From: Sumerlaeia bacterium
GTDB taxonomy: Bacteria > Sumerlaeota > Sumerlaeia > SLMS01 > JAHLLQ01
Length of the DNA: 64,000 nt
Direction of reading: 5' to 3'
Assembly (NCBI GenBank): GCA_040219255.1
Contig: JAVJSW010000046.1
Coordinates: 64,001 to 128,000, forward strand
Shown here: in pieces, positions 48,401 to 56,363 of the stretch
Layout of the letters: each line of letters opens with the position of its first letter
Position numbering within the stretch: position 1 is the stretch's first letter
Notes under the pieces: generated by a model
Database searches by the model: none
What the model saw: the letters and a program-made list of their open reading frames with translations, nothing else
Told to the model about the DNA's origin: nothing
Translations under genes and position numbers: made by a program

Positions 48401-49848
48401 TGACCCGCCCCTATACCATGGAATCGGCTCTGGACGGCCGGCTGCCCGCCTCGGCCCACTTGATCGGCATCGGCGGCGCCGGCATGAGCGCCATCGCCCG
48501 CGCACTCTTGGCGGCGAACGTCGTTGTCAGCGGCTCGGACGCGTGCGCGACGAGCGAATCTTGCCGCCAACTTAAGCTCCTAGGCGCCACCGTCTGGCAG
48601 GGCCACCGCGCCGAGAACCTCGCGGCGGAGGCCGACGTCGTGATCGTCAGCACCGCCATTCGGACCTCAAATCCGGAACTCGCCGCCGCCCGCGAGCGCA
48701 AACTTCCCGTCCTTCACCGCAGCCAGGGACTCGCCCTTTTCCTGCAGGGACGCGCGTCTTGTCTGGTGGCGGGAACGCACGGCAAGACCACCACGACAGC
48801 CATGCTGGCGCTCTGCCTAAGCGAAGGTGGCTTCGACCCACACGCCTTCGTCGGCGGTTCGGTACCCGCCTTCGGCGGCAACGTACGTCTGGGCAAGGGC
48901 AATTGGGCCGTGGCCGAAGCCGACGAAAGCGACGGCTCCTTCCGAAACCTGCCCGCCGATAACCTGATCGTCACGAACGTCGAGCCCGATCATCTCGACT
49001 ACTGGCGCACCGCCGAGCGCATGATGGGCGGCTACGTGGAGGTCTGCGAGCGCCTGCCCGCCAGCGGCACGCTGCTGATCTGCAGCGATGACCCCGGCGC
49101 CTGCGAGCTGCGAGAACGGCTCGACCGGCCGGCCCTGGCCTACGGGATCGAGCCGGGAATCGCGCACTACCACGCCGGCAATGTCGTTGAAGAACCCTTT
49201 CGCAGCCACTTCAACCTCTACGTCATGGGCAAGCGCGCCGGGCGGATCACCCTTGGCGTCCCCGGGCGCCAGAACATCCAGAACGCCGTCGGCGCCGCCG
49301 CCCTGGCTCTGCGCCTGGGGGCGAGCTTCAGCGCCATCGCCCGCGCCCTGGAAAACTTCCATGGGGTCGAGCGCCGGTTTCAGATCAAGGGCACGGAGGG
49401 CGGTGTCACGGTGATCGACGATTATGCCCATCACCCCACGGAAATCCGCGCCACGCTGGCCGCCGGGCGCCAGGCCCTGCGCGGCACGGACGGTCGTCTC
49501 ATCGCCGTTTTCCAGCCGCATCGCTACACTCGCACCCGCGATTTCCTGACCGAGTTCGCCGATTCCCTGACCGCCGCCGACCGCGTGATCCTGACGGACA
49601 TTTACGCCGCCAGCGAAGACCCCATCCCGGGTGTCGGCATCGATCGCCTGGCGGCCGATGTGGCGGCGACCCTTGGCGAACGCTGCCAATTGATCCGCGA
49701 CCGCTCGGCCATCGCCGAGGCGCTCGCGCCCGAACTTTCCGGGGGCGATCTCGTCCTGACCCTCGGCGCCGGTGACAACTGGCGCACCGCGGACGAACTC
49801 CTTTCCCAACTCGCAACCCTCTCTCTTCCCGCTGAACCCGCTGATTGA
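48400..49848 (+). CDS. murC: UDP-MurNAc:L-alanine ligase
   Basis: HLIGIGGAGMSAIA, AGTHGKTTTT, EADESDGSF, DHLD, GVERRF, DDYAHHPTEI, FQPHRYTRT, GAGD. Confidence 0.96.
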   Translation: MTRPYTMESALDGRLPASAHLIGIGGAGMSAIARALLAANVVVSGSDACATSESCRQLKLLGATVWQGHRAENLAAEADVVIVSTAIRTSNPELAAARERKLPVLHRSQGLALFLQGRASCLVAGTHGKTTTTAMLALCLSEGGFDPHAFVGGSVPAFGGNVRLGKGNWAVAEADESDGSFRNLPADNLIVTNVEPDHLDYWRTAERMMGGYVEVCERLPASGTLLICSDDPGACELRERLDRPALAYGIEPGIAHYHAGNVVEEPFRSHFNLYVMGKRAGRITLGVPGRQNIQNAVGAAALALRLGASFSAIARALENFHGVERRFQIKGTEGGVTVIDDYAHHPTEIRATLAAGRQALRGTDGRLIAVFQPHRYTRTRDFLTEFADSLTAADRVILTDIYAASEDPIPGVGIDRLAADVAATLGERCQLIRDRSAIAEALAPELSGGDLVLTLGAGDNWRTADELLSQLATLSLPAEPAD

Positions 49849-49889
49849 TCCCGCCGATCGATTCCGCTGCCAGGAGGCCAACCCCGCCC

Positions 49890-50849
49890 ATGTCCAAAGT
49901 TCGCTCCAACCCTTACGTGACCGCGCTCAAGACCATCCCGGGTCTGCGCGTCACCCAGAACGCCAACCTGTCAAAGCGCACGTCGATGCGCATGCGCGCG
50001 CGCTGTGCCGCGCTGGCCGAGCCCCAGACGCCGGAAGCCCTCATGCGCACGGTGATCATGGCGCGCGATCTGAACTGGCCGCTGCTGATGCTCGGTCTCG
50101 GCAAGAACACCATCTTCGCCAACAGCTACTTCGACGGCATCGTGGTCATTCTTCCGATGAGCGGCTTCGGCCACTTCGAACGCCTCGATCGCAACGTGAT
50201 CAGTGTCGGCGCCGGCATGTCGCTGGGCGGGCTGCTGACCAAGATCAAGCGCGAGGGACTGATGGGGCTGGAGTTCATGACGAAAATCCCAGGCACTGTG
50301 GGCGGCTCGCTGGCGGGTAACGCCGGCGCGGGCGAGTTCGGCCTCTGCGATTTCGCCGAGCGCGTCCTCCTCATGACCCGCGACGGCGAGCTGGTCACCC
50401 TCCACCGCGGCGAGTACGAGTACGGCTATCGTAAGAGCGAACTGGCCGACTACATCGTCCTGGAAGCGGATTTCTACCTCGACCGGCTGGACCTGGACAA
50501 GTCGGAGAAGTTGGCTCAATATTACGCGGACAAGAAAAAAGGCCAGCCTTACAACGTGCCGTCGGCCGGCTGTATTTTCAAGAACCCGAAGAATCCCGAT
50601 TCGGGCGATCCCATCAGCGCCGGAAAGCTGATCGATCAACTCGGACTGAAGGGCTATCGCCTGAACGGCGTCGAAGTCAGCCCCGGACATGCGAACTTCC
50701 TGACGAATCCCGAGTCATGCGCCCGGGGCGAAGACCTTCTCGCCGCGATCCGCCTGCTCCAGGACTTCGTGCAGGACAAGTTCGGCATCGAACTCGAAAT
50801 CGAAGCCCGCATCGTCGGCGGCGGCATGACGACCTGCCGGATTCACTAA
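49890..50849 (+). CDS. murB: UDP-N-acetylenolpyruvoylglucosamine reductase
   Basis: IPGTVGG...NAGA, GYRKS, QP...SAGCIFKNP, SAGKLID..GLKG, HANFL.N, LE.E; position after murC. Confidence 0.88.
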   Translation: MSKVRSNPYVTALKTIPGLRVTQNANLSKRTSMRMRARCAALAEPQTPEALMRTVIMARDLNWPLLMLGLGKNTIFANSYFDGIVVILPMSGFGHFERLDRNVISVGAGMSLGGLLTKIKREGLMGLEFMTKIPGTVGGSLAGNAGAGEFGLCDFAERVLLMTRDGELVTLHRGEYEYGYRKSELADYIVLEADFYLDRLDLDKSEKLAQYYADKKKGQPYNVPSAGCIFKNPKNPDSGDPISAGKLIDQLGLKGYRLNGVEVSPGHANFLTNPESCARGEDLLAAIRLLQDFVQDKFGIELEIEARIVGGGMTTCRIH

Positions 50850-50895
50850 GGCCCGCGGTTTCCGCGCCGCACAACCCCCGAAAGGACTCCGGCCC

Positions 50896-51789
50896 ATGGC
50901 GATGATTCCCGGCGTATTGCGAAACCGCCTCTTTCCCCTCCGCGAAGCGGTCAGGCCCGCCTCCGGAGGCCGCGCCATGCCGGGCCGCAGCCATCGCGAT
51001 CCCGTGCCCCGCGATCTTGGCCCAAGGCTCCTCCATTACCTTCGGAAAATTCCCGCCGGTCTCCCACTCCTGATGGCGCTCGCCTGCATCGCCGTCGTGG
51101 TCGCCGTGTTCGTACAGTTTGTCCAGTCCTCGGGTTACTTCCTGGCGCAGGACTACGAAGTCATCGGCGCCGACCGCGTCGCCAGCGCCGACGTCATCGA
51201 ACTCATCACGCGGGGCGAACCCCTCCACCTCTTCCAAATGAACGTGCCGGCGGCTCAGGCCCGGCTGGCCAGCCACCCCGCCATCCACCACGCGGAAATC
51301 CGCCGCGCCTGGCCCAACCGTCTCGACGTCATGATCGAGGAACGGCAGCCACAGGCTCTCCTCCTCAGCGATGGGGAAAACTTGCTTGTCGACGGCGAAG
51401 GTGTGATCCTCGGCCGCGCCACGCCGGACGACCTGCTTCGGAGCAATCTGCCGCTCCTCACTGGGCCCTTGGGCAAGCGCTACGAACCGGGCGGCGAACT
51501 CGAGCCCCCTTTCCGCCGCGCGGCCTTCTCCTACATCGGTGCGCTCGACTCGGGCCTTTTTCCCGCCCTTCTGGCCGAACTCCATTGGGAACCGGGCACC
51601 GGCGTCACGCTCTACACCGAGGCCGGAACCCAACTCCTCTGCGGGCACCTGGAACCGGGCGAGGCGCTGGCCAAGGCGGAAGCGCTCTCGCGAGCCCGAA
51701 ATGGACTTGACGGTGTTGGCGCCGCCGACCTCCGAATAGCCGACCATCTTCCGTGGAGCCCCCAGGCGGTGCTCGTAACTTCGCGATAG
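50896..51789 (+). CDS. ftsQ: Cell division protein FtsQ/DivIB
   Basis: Single TM, POTRA-like segment (HP.I..AEIRRAWPNRLDV.IEERQP), C-terminal DLR motif; lies just upstream of ftsA. Start uncertain. Confidence 0.85.
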   Translation: MAMIPGVLRNRLFPLREAVRPASGGRAMPGRSHRDPVPRDLGPRLLHYLRKIPAGLPLLMALACIAVVVAVFVQFVQSSGYFLAQDYEVIGADRVASADVIELITRGEPLHLFQMNVPAAQARLASHPAIHHAEIRRAWPNRLDVMIEERQPQALLLSDGENLLVDGEGVILGRATPDDLLRSNLPLLTGPLGKRYEPGGELEPPFRRAAFSYIGALDSGLFPALLAELHWEPGTGVTLYTEAGTQLLCGHLEPGEALAKAEALSRARNGLDGVGAADLRIADHLPWSPQAVLVTSR

Positions 51790-51878
51790 CCGCGTTCCCG
51801 CAGCGCCGCGGCGGGTGGCTTCGCTAGCTGCTTCCCACTGCTCCCATTCCCCCCGTTCCCGCAGGAGTCCCGCTGTCC

Positions 51879-53240
51879 ATGTCCCGCTCGCCCTCCGAAT
51901 TTGGTTCTTCCGACGCCCAACCGATCGCCGTTTCCCTCGGAAAATCGATCGATTTGCCCATTCTTCCGGCCGACTCCCTCGCTCCGCGCGCGCCCGGTGC
52001 CATCGACTTTCAGCCCCCCAAGAAAACCCGCCTCTTCACCGGGCTCGACATCGGCACCACGAAAGTCTGCGCCATCATCGGCGAGATCGACCCCAGCGGC
52101 CAGACCACAGTCAAGGGCCTCGCCAGCACGCCCAGCCAAGGCCTTCAGCGCGGCGTCGTCATGAATCTCGACGAGACGATCCACTCGATCCGCTCAGCCA
52201 TTCAGCACGCCGAAGAAATCGCCCGCGTCAGCGTCCGCGACGTCCTCGTCGGCATCGCCGGCAGCCACATCCAGACCCACAACGTCCTGCACACCATCAA
52301 GATTCAGAACCCCGAGCGCGGCATCAGCAAGAGCGACGTCAAGAAAGTCGTCGACCGGGCCGTGGCCAGTGTTGCCAGCGCCGACCGCGAAGTCGTCCAG
52401 GTCGTCACCCAGCGGTTCCTCATCGACGACGGTGAAGTCTCGCGCCCCGTCGGAGTCTCCAGCCACGAACTCTCCGTCGAGGTCCTCGTGGTCACCGCCG
52501 CCATGTCCAGCGCCCAGAACATCGTGCGCGCCGTCAAGCAGGCGGGCTATCACACCAGTGGCATCTACCTCGAACCGCTCGCGTCGTCCCTCGCCGTCCT
52601 CACACCCGAGGAGCGCAACCTCGGCGTCCTCGTCGTGGACATCGGCGGCGGCACCTCCGACATCGCCCTGTGGGCCCACGGGGCGGTGCGGTTCACGGGC
52701 AGCGTCCCCTTCGGCGGCGACAGCATCACCGAGGATATTTCGAGCGTCCTGAAGATCAGCCGCTACGACGCCGAGAATCTGAAAAAGCGCTTTGGAGGTT
52801 GCGATCTGGACTCGCCGAACCTGGACCAGGAAATCGAGGTCCCCCTCGCCGTCACCGGCGCCATGACCAAGGTCAACCGCCGCCTGCTCTGCGAAATCAT
52901 CGAGTCGCGCCTCGCGGAGATCATGGAGCTGTGCGTCGAGAACTGCCGCCGCTCGCGCTACTTCGACCCGAACAACCTGGGCGGAATCATTCTCACGGGC
53001 GGCGCGGCGCTTACCGATGGCCTCGCCGGCCTGGGTGAACGGACCTTCCAATTGCCCTGCAAAGTCGGCGTCCCCATGGGCCTCAAGGGCCTCGCCAGCA
53101 TCGCCGATTCGCCGATCTACTCCACCGGCGTCGGCCTCGTTCGCTACGGTCTCAAGCACGAGCACGACCTCGATTTCAGCGAGGCCAACCTCTTCTCGCG
53201 GCTTATGGGCTTCTTCAAACGCTCGATCGAGTGGTATTGA
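51879..53240 (+). CDS. ftsA: Cell division protein FtsA
   Basis: GLDIGTTKV, GLQRGVV, LASSLAVL..EE..LGVLVVDIGGGTSD, AENLKKRFG, IILTGG, YSTGVGL, C-terminal amphipathic helix LFSRLMGFFKR. Confidence 0.95.
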   Translation: MSRSPSEFGSSDAQPIAVSLGKSIDLPILPADSLAPRAPGAIDFQPPKKTRLFTGLDIGTTKVCAIIGEIDPSGQTTVKGLASTPSQGLQRGVVMNLDETIHSIRSAIQHAEEIARVSVRDVLVGIAGSHIQTHNVLHTIKIQNPERGISKSDVKKVVDRAVASVASADREVVQVVTQRFLIDDGEVSRPVGVSSHELSVEVLVVTAAMSSAQNIVRAVKQAGYHTSGIYLEPLASSLAVLTPEERNLGVLVVDIGGGTSDIALWAHGAVRFTGSVPFGGDSITEDISSVLKISRYDAENLKKRFGGCDLDSPNLDQEIEVPLAVTGAMTKVNRRLLCEIIESRLAEIMELCVENCRRSRYFDPNNLGGIILTGGAALTDGLAGLGERTFQLPCKVGVPMGLKGLASIADSPIYSTGVGLVRYGLKHEHDLDFSEANLFSRLMGFFKRSIEWY

Positions 53241-53276
53241 GGCCGTTCAACTTACGGGGTTCAACGTCGCGGGTTC

Positions 53277-54701
53277 TCACTCCTTTGTCCGCGTCGGCTC
53301 GAACAACACCTGCTCGATCACCCATTCTTCGCCCTGCTTGCGCAGGGTCAGCACCGCTTCCATGAACATGTCGCCATTCTCGCCTTTCAGGTCCACGTTG
53401 GCCTGGCGGACTTCCGCGTGCGAACCGGAAACCTGCGGCACGGCGGTGGTGAACTTGCTGGCCAACTCCTCGTTTTCCATACGGCGGATGTCGGCCAGGA
53501 GCATATCGGTGTGCATTACGCCGCCGCCGCTGGCGTAGGTTTTCGCTTCGTCCGCGTCGCCGTCTATCAGCGCGTCGAAGTACAGGTTGACCACACCGTA
53601 GGGCGTTCCGGTGGTGTTGGTTGGAATGACGAGTTTCTTCACATTGAGAATCACCACGATAAGGAGAATCACCGAGGCTAGGGCGATGCCGCCCTTGATG
53701 AGCAAACCACGGTTTTCGTAGAGCTTCTGCTGCGCGGGCGAGCGCCCCTCGGCAGCCCGTGCCGCCAGGACTTCCGTGGCGTCTTCGTCCGCCTCCTTCT
53801 TCGCATAGCGGTCCGCCGCCAGCCGCGTCATTTTCGGATCCGGGTATTGGCCGTTGCGGGGCGTGATGCCGCCCTCCAGGATCGTGACCAGCCGTTTGAA
53901 CGGAACGGCGTTGCGCAGCGCCTGGGTCTTGCGCGGCAGTTCGAAATTTCCCGCGGCGCATTCCGCCCAGATCCAACTGATCGCGTACACGTCGGCGTGA
54001 ACTTCGTCCGGGGCTTTGGCGGCCGCCAGCTCCGGCGCGGTATAACGCCCGCCGCCCAGCAGCGCTGCCTCCCGGGACACGCCGGGTGCCACCGGGATCA
54101 GGCGCCAGCGATTCTCCGCGTCCGCCGGACCGACCTTCGAGGGATCTTCCACGATGGTCAGCGGCGTCAGGTTCACCGGCCCCAGCCCATGGCTCAGCGC
54201 GTCGTAGGACGCCTTGGCGGCACTTTGCGCCATGCGAGCTTCCTTCTTGAGGGAAAACGTCTTGGCCGCCTGCGCTTCCAATTCCCCGGCCTGGCCCTTC
54301 AGCCCCTTCGCCTCCGCGCCCTTCAGCGTGTTCGCCTGGGCCTTCAGGCCCGCCGCCTTGGCCTTTAGATTCATCGCTTCTTCGGCCAGAGACTTGACGA
54401 TCGGACCGCCCGGATCCTCCACCAGAAGATGCGGAACCTCGGCGTCGCCGTGCATCGCCCGGATGTTCAGCAGGCCCGGCGCGGAGAAGGTTTCCGCCAG
54501 CACTTTCCACCGTTCCAGATGGGGCGCCGCTTCCGCGTAAAGCCGCCGCCCCGCCTCGGTGGCGTAAACGACCAGGAACGCCGGGTCCGCCTCCTTGAGC
54601 TGGCCGCGCCAGATTTCGCCCCAGGCCTCGGCCAGGACCAGAGTCTCCGGCACAAAGCCGTCCGGTCCCCAGGCTTCTCCCGCTTTCAGAAAGCTTGTCA
54701 T
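53277..54701 (-). CDS. Membrane-anchored protein-kinase-like (pseudokinase) protein with coiled-coil insert and NTF2-like external domain
   Basis: AWGEIWRG, PHLLVED, RYTAPE, ADVYAISWI resemble Hanks subdomains; no VAIK/HRD/DFG. TM GGIALASVILLIVVIL; TPYGVVNLYFDALIDGD...LRKQGEEWVI. Start 54701 chosen by alignment with the paralog. Confidence 0.7.
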   Translation of the reverse strand: MTSFLKAGEAWGPDGFVPETLVLAEAWGEIWRGQLKEADPAFLVVYATEAGRRLYAEAAPHLERWKVLAETFSAPGLLNIRAMHGDAEVPHLLVEDPGGPIVKSLAEEAMNLKAKAAGLKAQANTLKGAEAKGLKGQAGELEAQAAKTFSLKKEARMAQSAAKASYDALSHGLGPVNLTPLTIVEDPSKVGPADAENRWRLIPVAPGVSREAALLGGGRYTAPELAAAKAPDEVHADVYAISWIWAECAAGNFELPRKTQALRNAVPFKRLVTILEGGITPRNGQYPDPKMTRLAADRYAKKEADEDATEVLAARAAEGRSPAQQKLYENRGLLIKGGIALASVILLIVVILNVKKLVIPTNTTGTPYGVVNLYFDALIDGDADEAKTYASGGGVMHTDMLLADIRRMENEELASKFTTAVPQVSGSHAEVRQANVDLKGENGDMFMEAVLTLRKQGEEWVIEQVLFEPTRTKE

Positions 54702-54799
54702 CGTGGCACGCTCCGTCTGGATTACCGGGCCAAAGCCCGCCGATTTTCCGAATCGCGTGCAAATTGCCATGAAGGAGCAAGCGGCACAAGCCAGTTCCG

Positions 54800-56170
54800 C
54801 TAATTGGCCGCCGGGCTCGAACTCACCCTCGAAACCTTGTAAGTTCCGTCGCCCTGCTTCTCAAGTCCCACGCGCACCGATAGAACCTTCTTGCCCGCCG
54901 CATCGCGCAGCAAGCCTTGCCCTTCGTAGAAGTCGCCCTTCTTTTCCGCGACGATCGGGCTAAAGGCCCCCCGCTTGGCCATCTTGCCCGACGATTCCAT
55001 CTCGGTGATATGTTTCAGCAGATCGGTGGTGTCCTGCTGCGCATTGCCGACCGCCATCTTGGCGGCGCCGCTGCCGCTGCCTTTCAGGACCGCCGAGAAA
55101 TACCGGTCCGCCGCGCCGATGGGAGATTGCAGCGCCGTGCTCGGAGCCGTCTTGTCCGTGTAGATCTTCGCGCCCACCAGCCCTCCCGCTGTCAGCAGGA
55201 TGGTCAGCAAGATCGTCCCCACCAAGGTCAGAATCTGCTTCTTGCCCATCTTCTTCTCATAGGACTTGCCGAGCGTCTTTTTCTTGATGGCCTCGACGGA
55301 AACCGGCGCGGGAGCCTTCTTTCCGGTGCGCTTCTTATAGTCGGCGGTCAGTTCCTTGCGCCACTTCTTGACGTCCTTGTCCGCCTCATTGCGCAGCCAC
55401 CGCTTGAGCCCGCCCTCCACCACGGCCGGTTCCAGGCAACGGCCACTGCGCAACGCCAAGCCGTTGGCCAAGTGTTTGCCCAACAGCGGCGCCGGAATCG
55501 TTTGCTCGAAAGACGCGGCGGAAATCTCCAGGTCCCAGTTGCGCATCAGCGCCTGCGCGGACACCGCCACCAGCGACCACGTGTCCGGATGCAGCATCCG
55601 CGGATCGCAGGTCTGGTCCTGCAACGGTGGCGGGCTGTAGCGCCCGCCCGCCAGGTAAAGGGCCTGCATCGCATTCGACGGTGCCACGGGCAGCACGCGG
55701 AATGGGTGCGTCCTGTTCTCGGCCCCGCAGTAAAACAGGGTGTCGGGCGTCACGCCGATGGGCTGCAAGTCCAGCAACTCCACCTCCGCGAGCGCCTTGA
55801 GCGTCTTCACCAGATCGTAGATAAAATCCTGCGGATCGTAGAAGAAACTCTCGTCCGCCATGGCCTGCCGCAGCGTCGGCGCCCGCTGATCTTCTGCCAG
55901 GACGTAGGGGATGGCCGAGTCGGGCGAAACGTGCAGGATCGGGATCAGCATCGGGGCGCTGAAGTTCCCGCGCTCCTTCCACCGATCCAGGTGTGGCCGG
56001 CTCTTCTCGAAAATCCTCAGCCCCTCGGTGGTCGTGTAGGCGATGAACAGCACCTGGCCGAGGCGCTCGTGCGTGGCTTTCCAGACCTCGCCCCAGGCGT
56101 CCTCGAAAATCAGCTCGTGTGTGGTGATTCCCTGATCGGGCACTTCCCGGCCCGGCTGGCACATGGGCAT
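54800..56170 (-). CDS. Paralogous membrane-anchored pseudokinase with NTF2-like external domain
   Basis: AWGEVWKA, PYVLAED..PTLRQ, GGRYSPP, PDTWSL; Lys-rich linker, TM ILTLVGTILLTILLTAGGLVG, SPIGAADRYFSAVL...LEKQGDGTYKV. Confidence 0.7.
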   Translation of the reverse strand: MPMCQPGREVPDQGITTHELIFEDAWGEVWKATHERLGQVLFIAYTTTEGLRIFEKSRPHLDRWKERGNFSAPMLIPILHVSPDSAIPYVLAEDQRAPTLRQAMADESFFYDPQDFIYDLVKTLKALAEVELLDLQPIGVTPDTLFYCGAENRTHPFRVLPVAPSNAMQALYLAGGRYSPPPLQDQTCDPRMLHPDTWSLVAVSAQALMRNWDLEISAASFEQTIPAPLLGKHLANGLALRSGRCLEPAVVEGGLKRWLRNEADKDVKKWRKELTADYKKRTGKKAPAPVSVEAIKKKTLGKSYEKKMGKKQILTLVGTILLTILLTAGGLVGAKIYTDKTAPSTALQSPIGAADRYFSAVLKGSGSGAAKMAVGNAQQDTTDLLKHITEMESSGKMAKRGAFSPIVAEKKGDFYEGQGLLRDAAGKKVLSVRVGLEKQGDGTYKVSRVSSSPAAN

Positions 56171-56363
56171 AATGTTCGAGGCCTCTCCTGAATCCGCGAC
56201 TTCCTGACCGCATCAGCCCAAAGCCTCCGCCACGGCGCAAGATCAAGCGTGAAGTATTGCAGCCTTTTCCATTGGGGGGAAAAACGCGCCGGGATTTCAG
56301 ACTCTACCTGCGGAAGTGGAGCGATATTCACCGCTCGCCGCGCCTCCATGGCGGACTCCGATC

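Noticed and set aside
51879-53240. MreB or PilM instead of FtsA
   Set aside because: It has the FtsA-type 1C insertion and C-terminal amphipathic helix, and lies directly after ftsQ.
53277-56170. Calling the pair active Ser/Thr kinases (PknB-like)
   Set aside because: Catalytic Lys, HRD and DFG equivalents are absent and there are no PASTA repeats.
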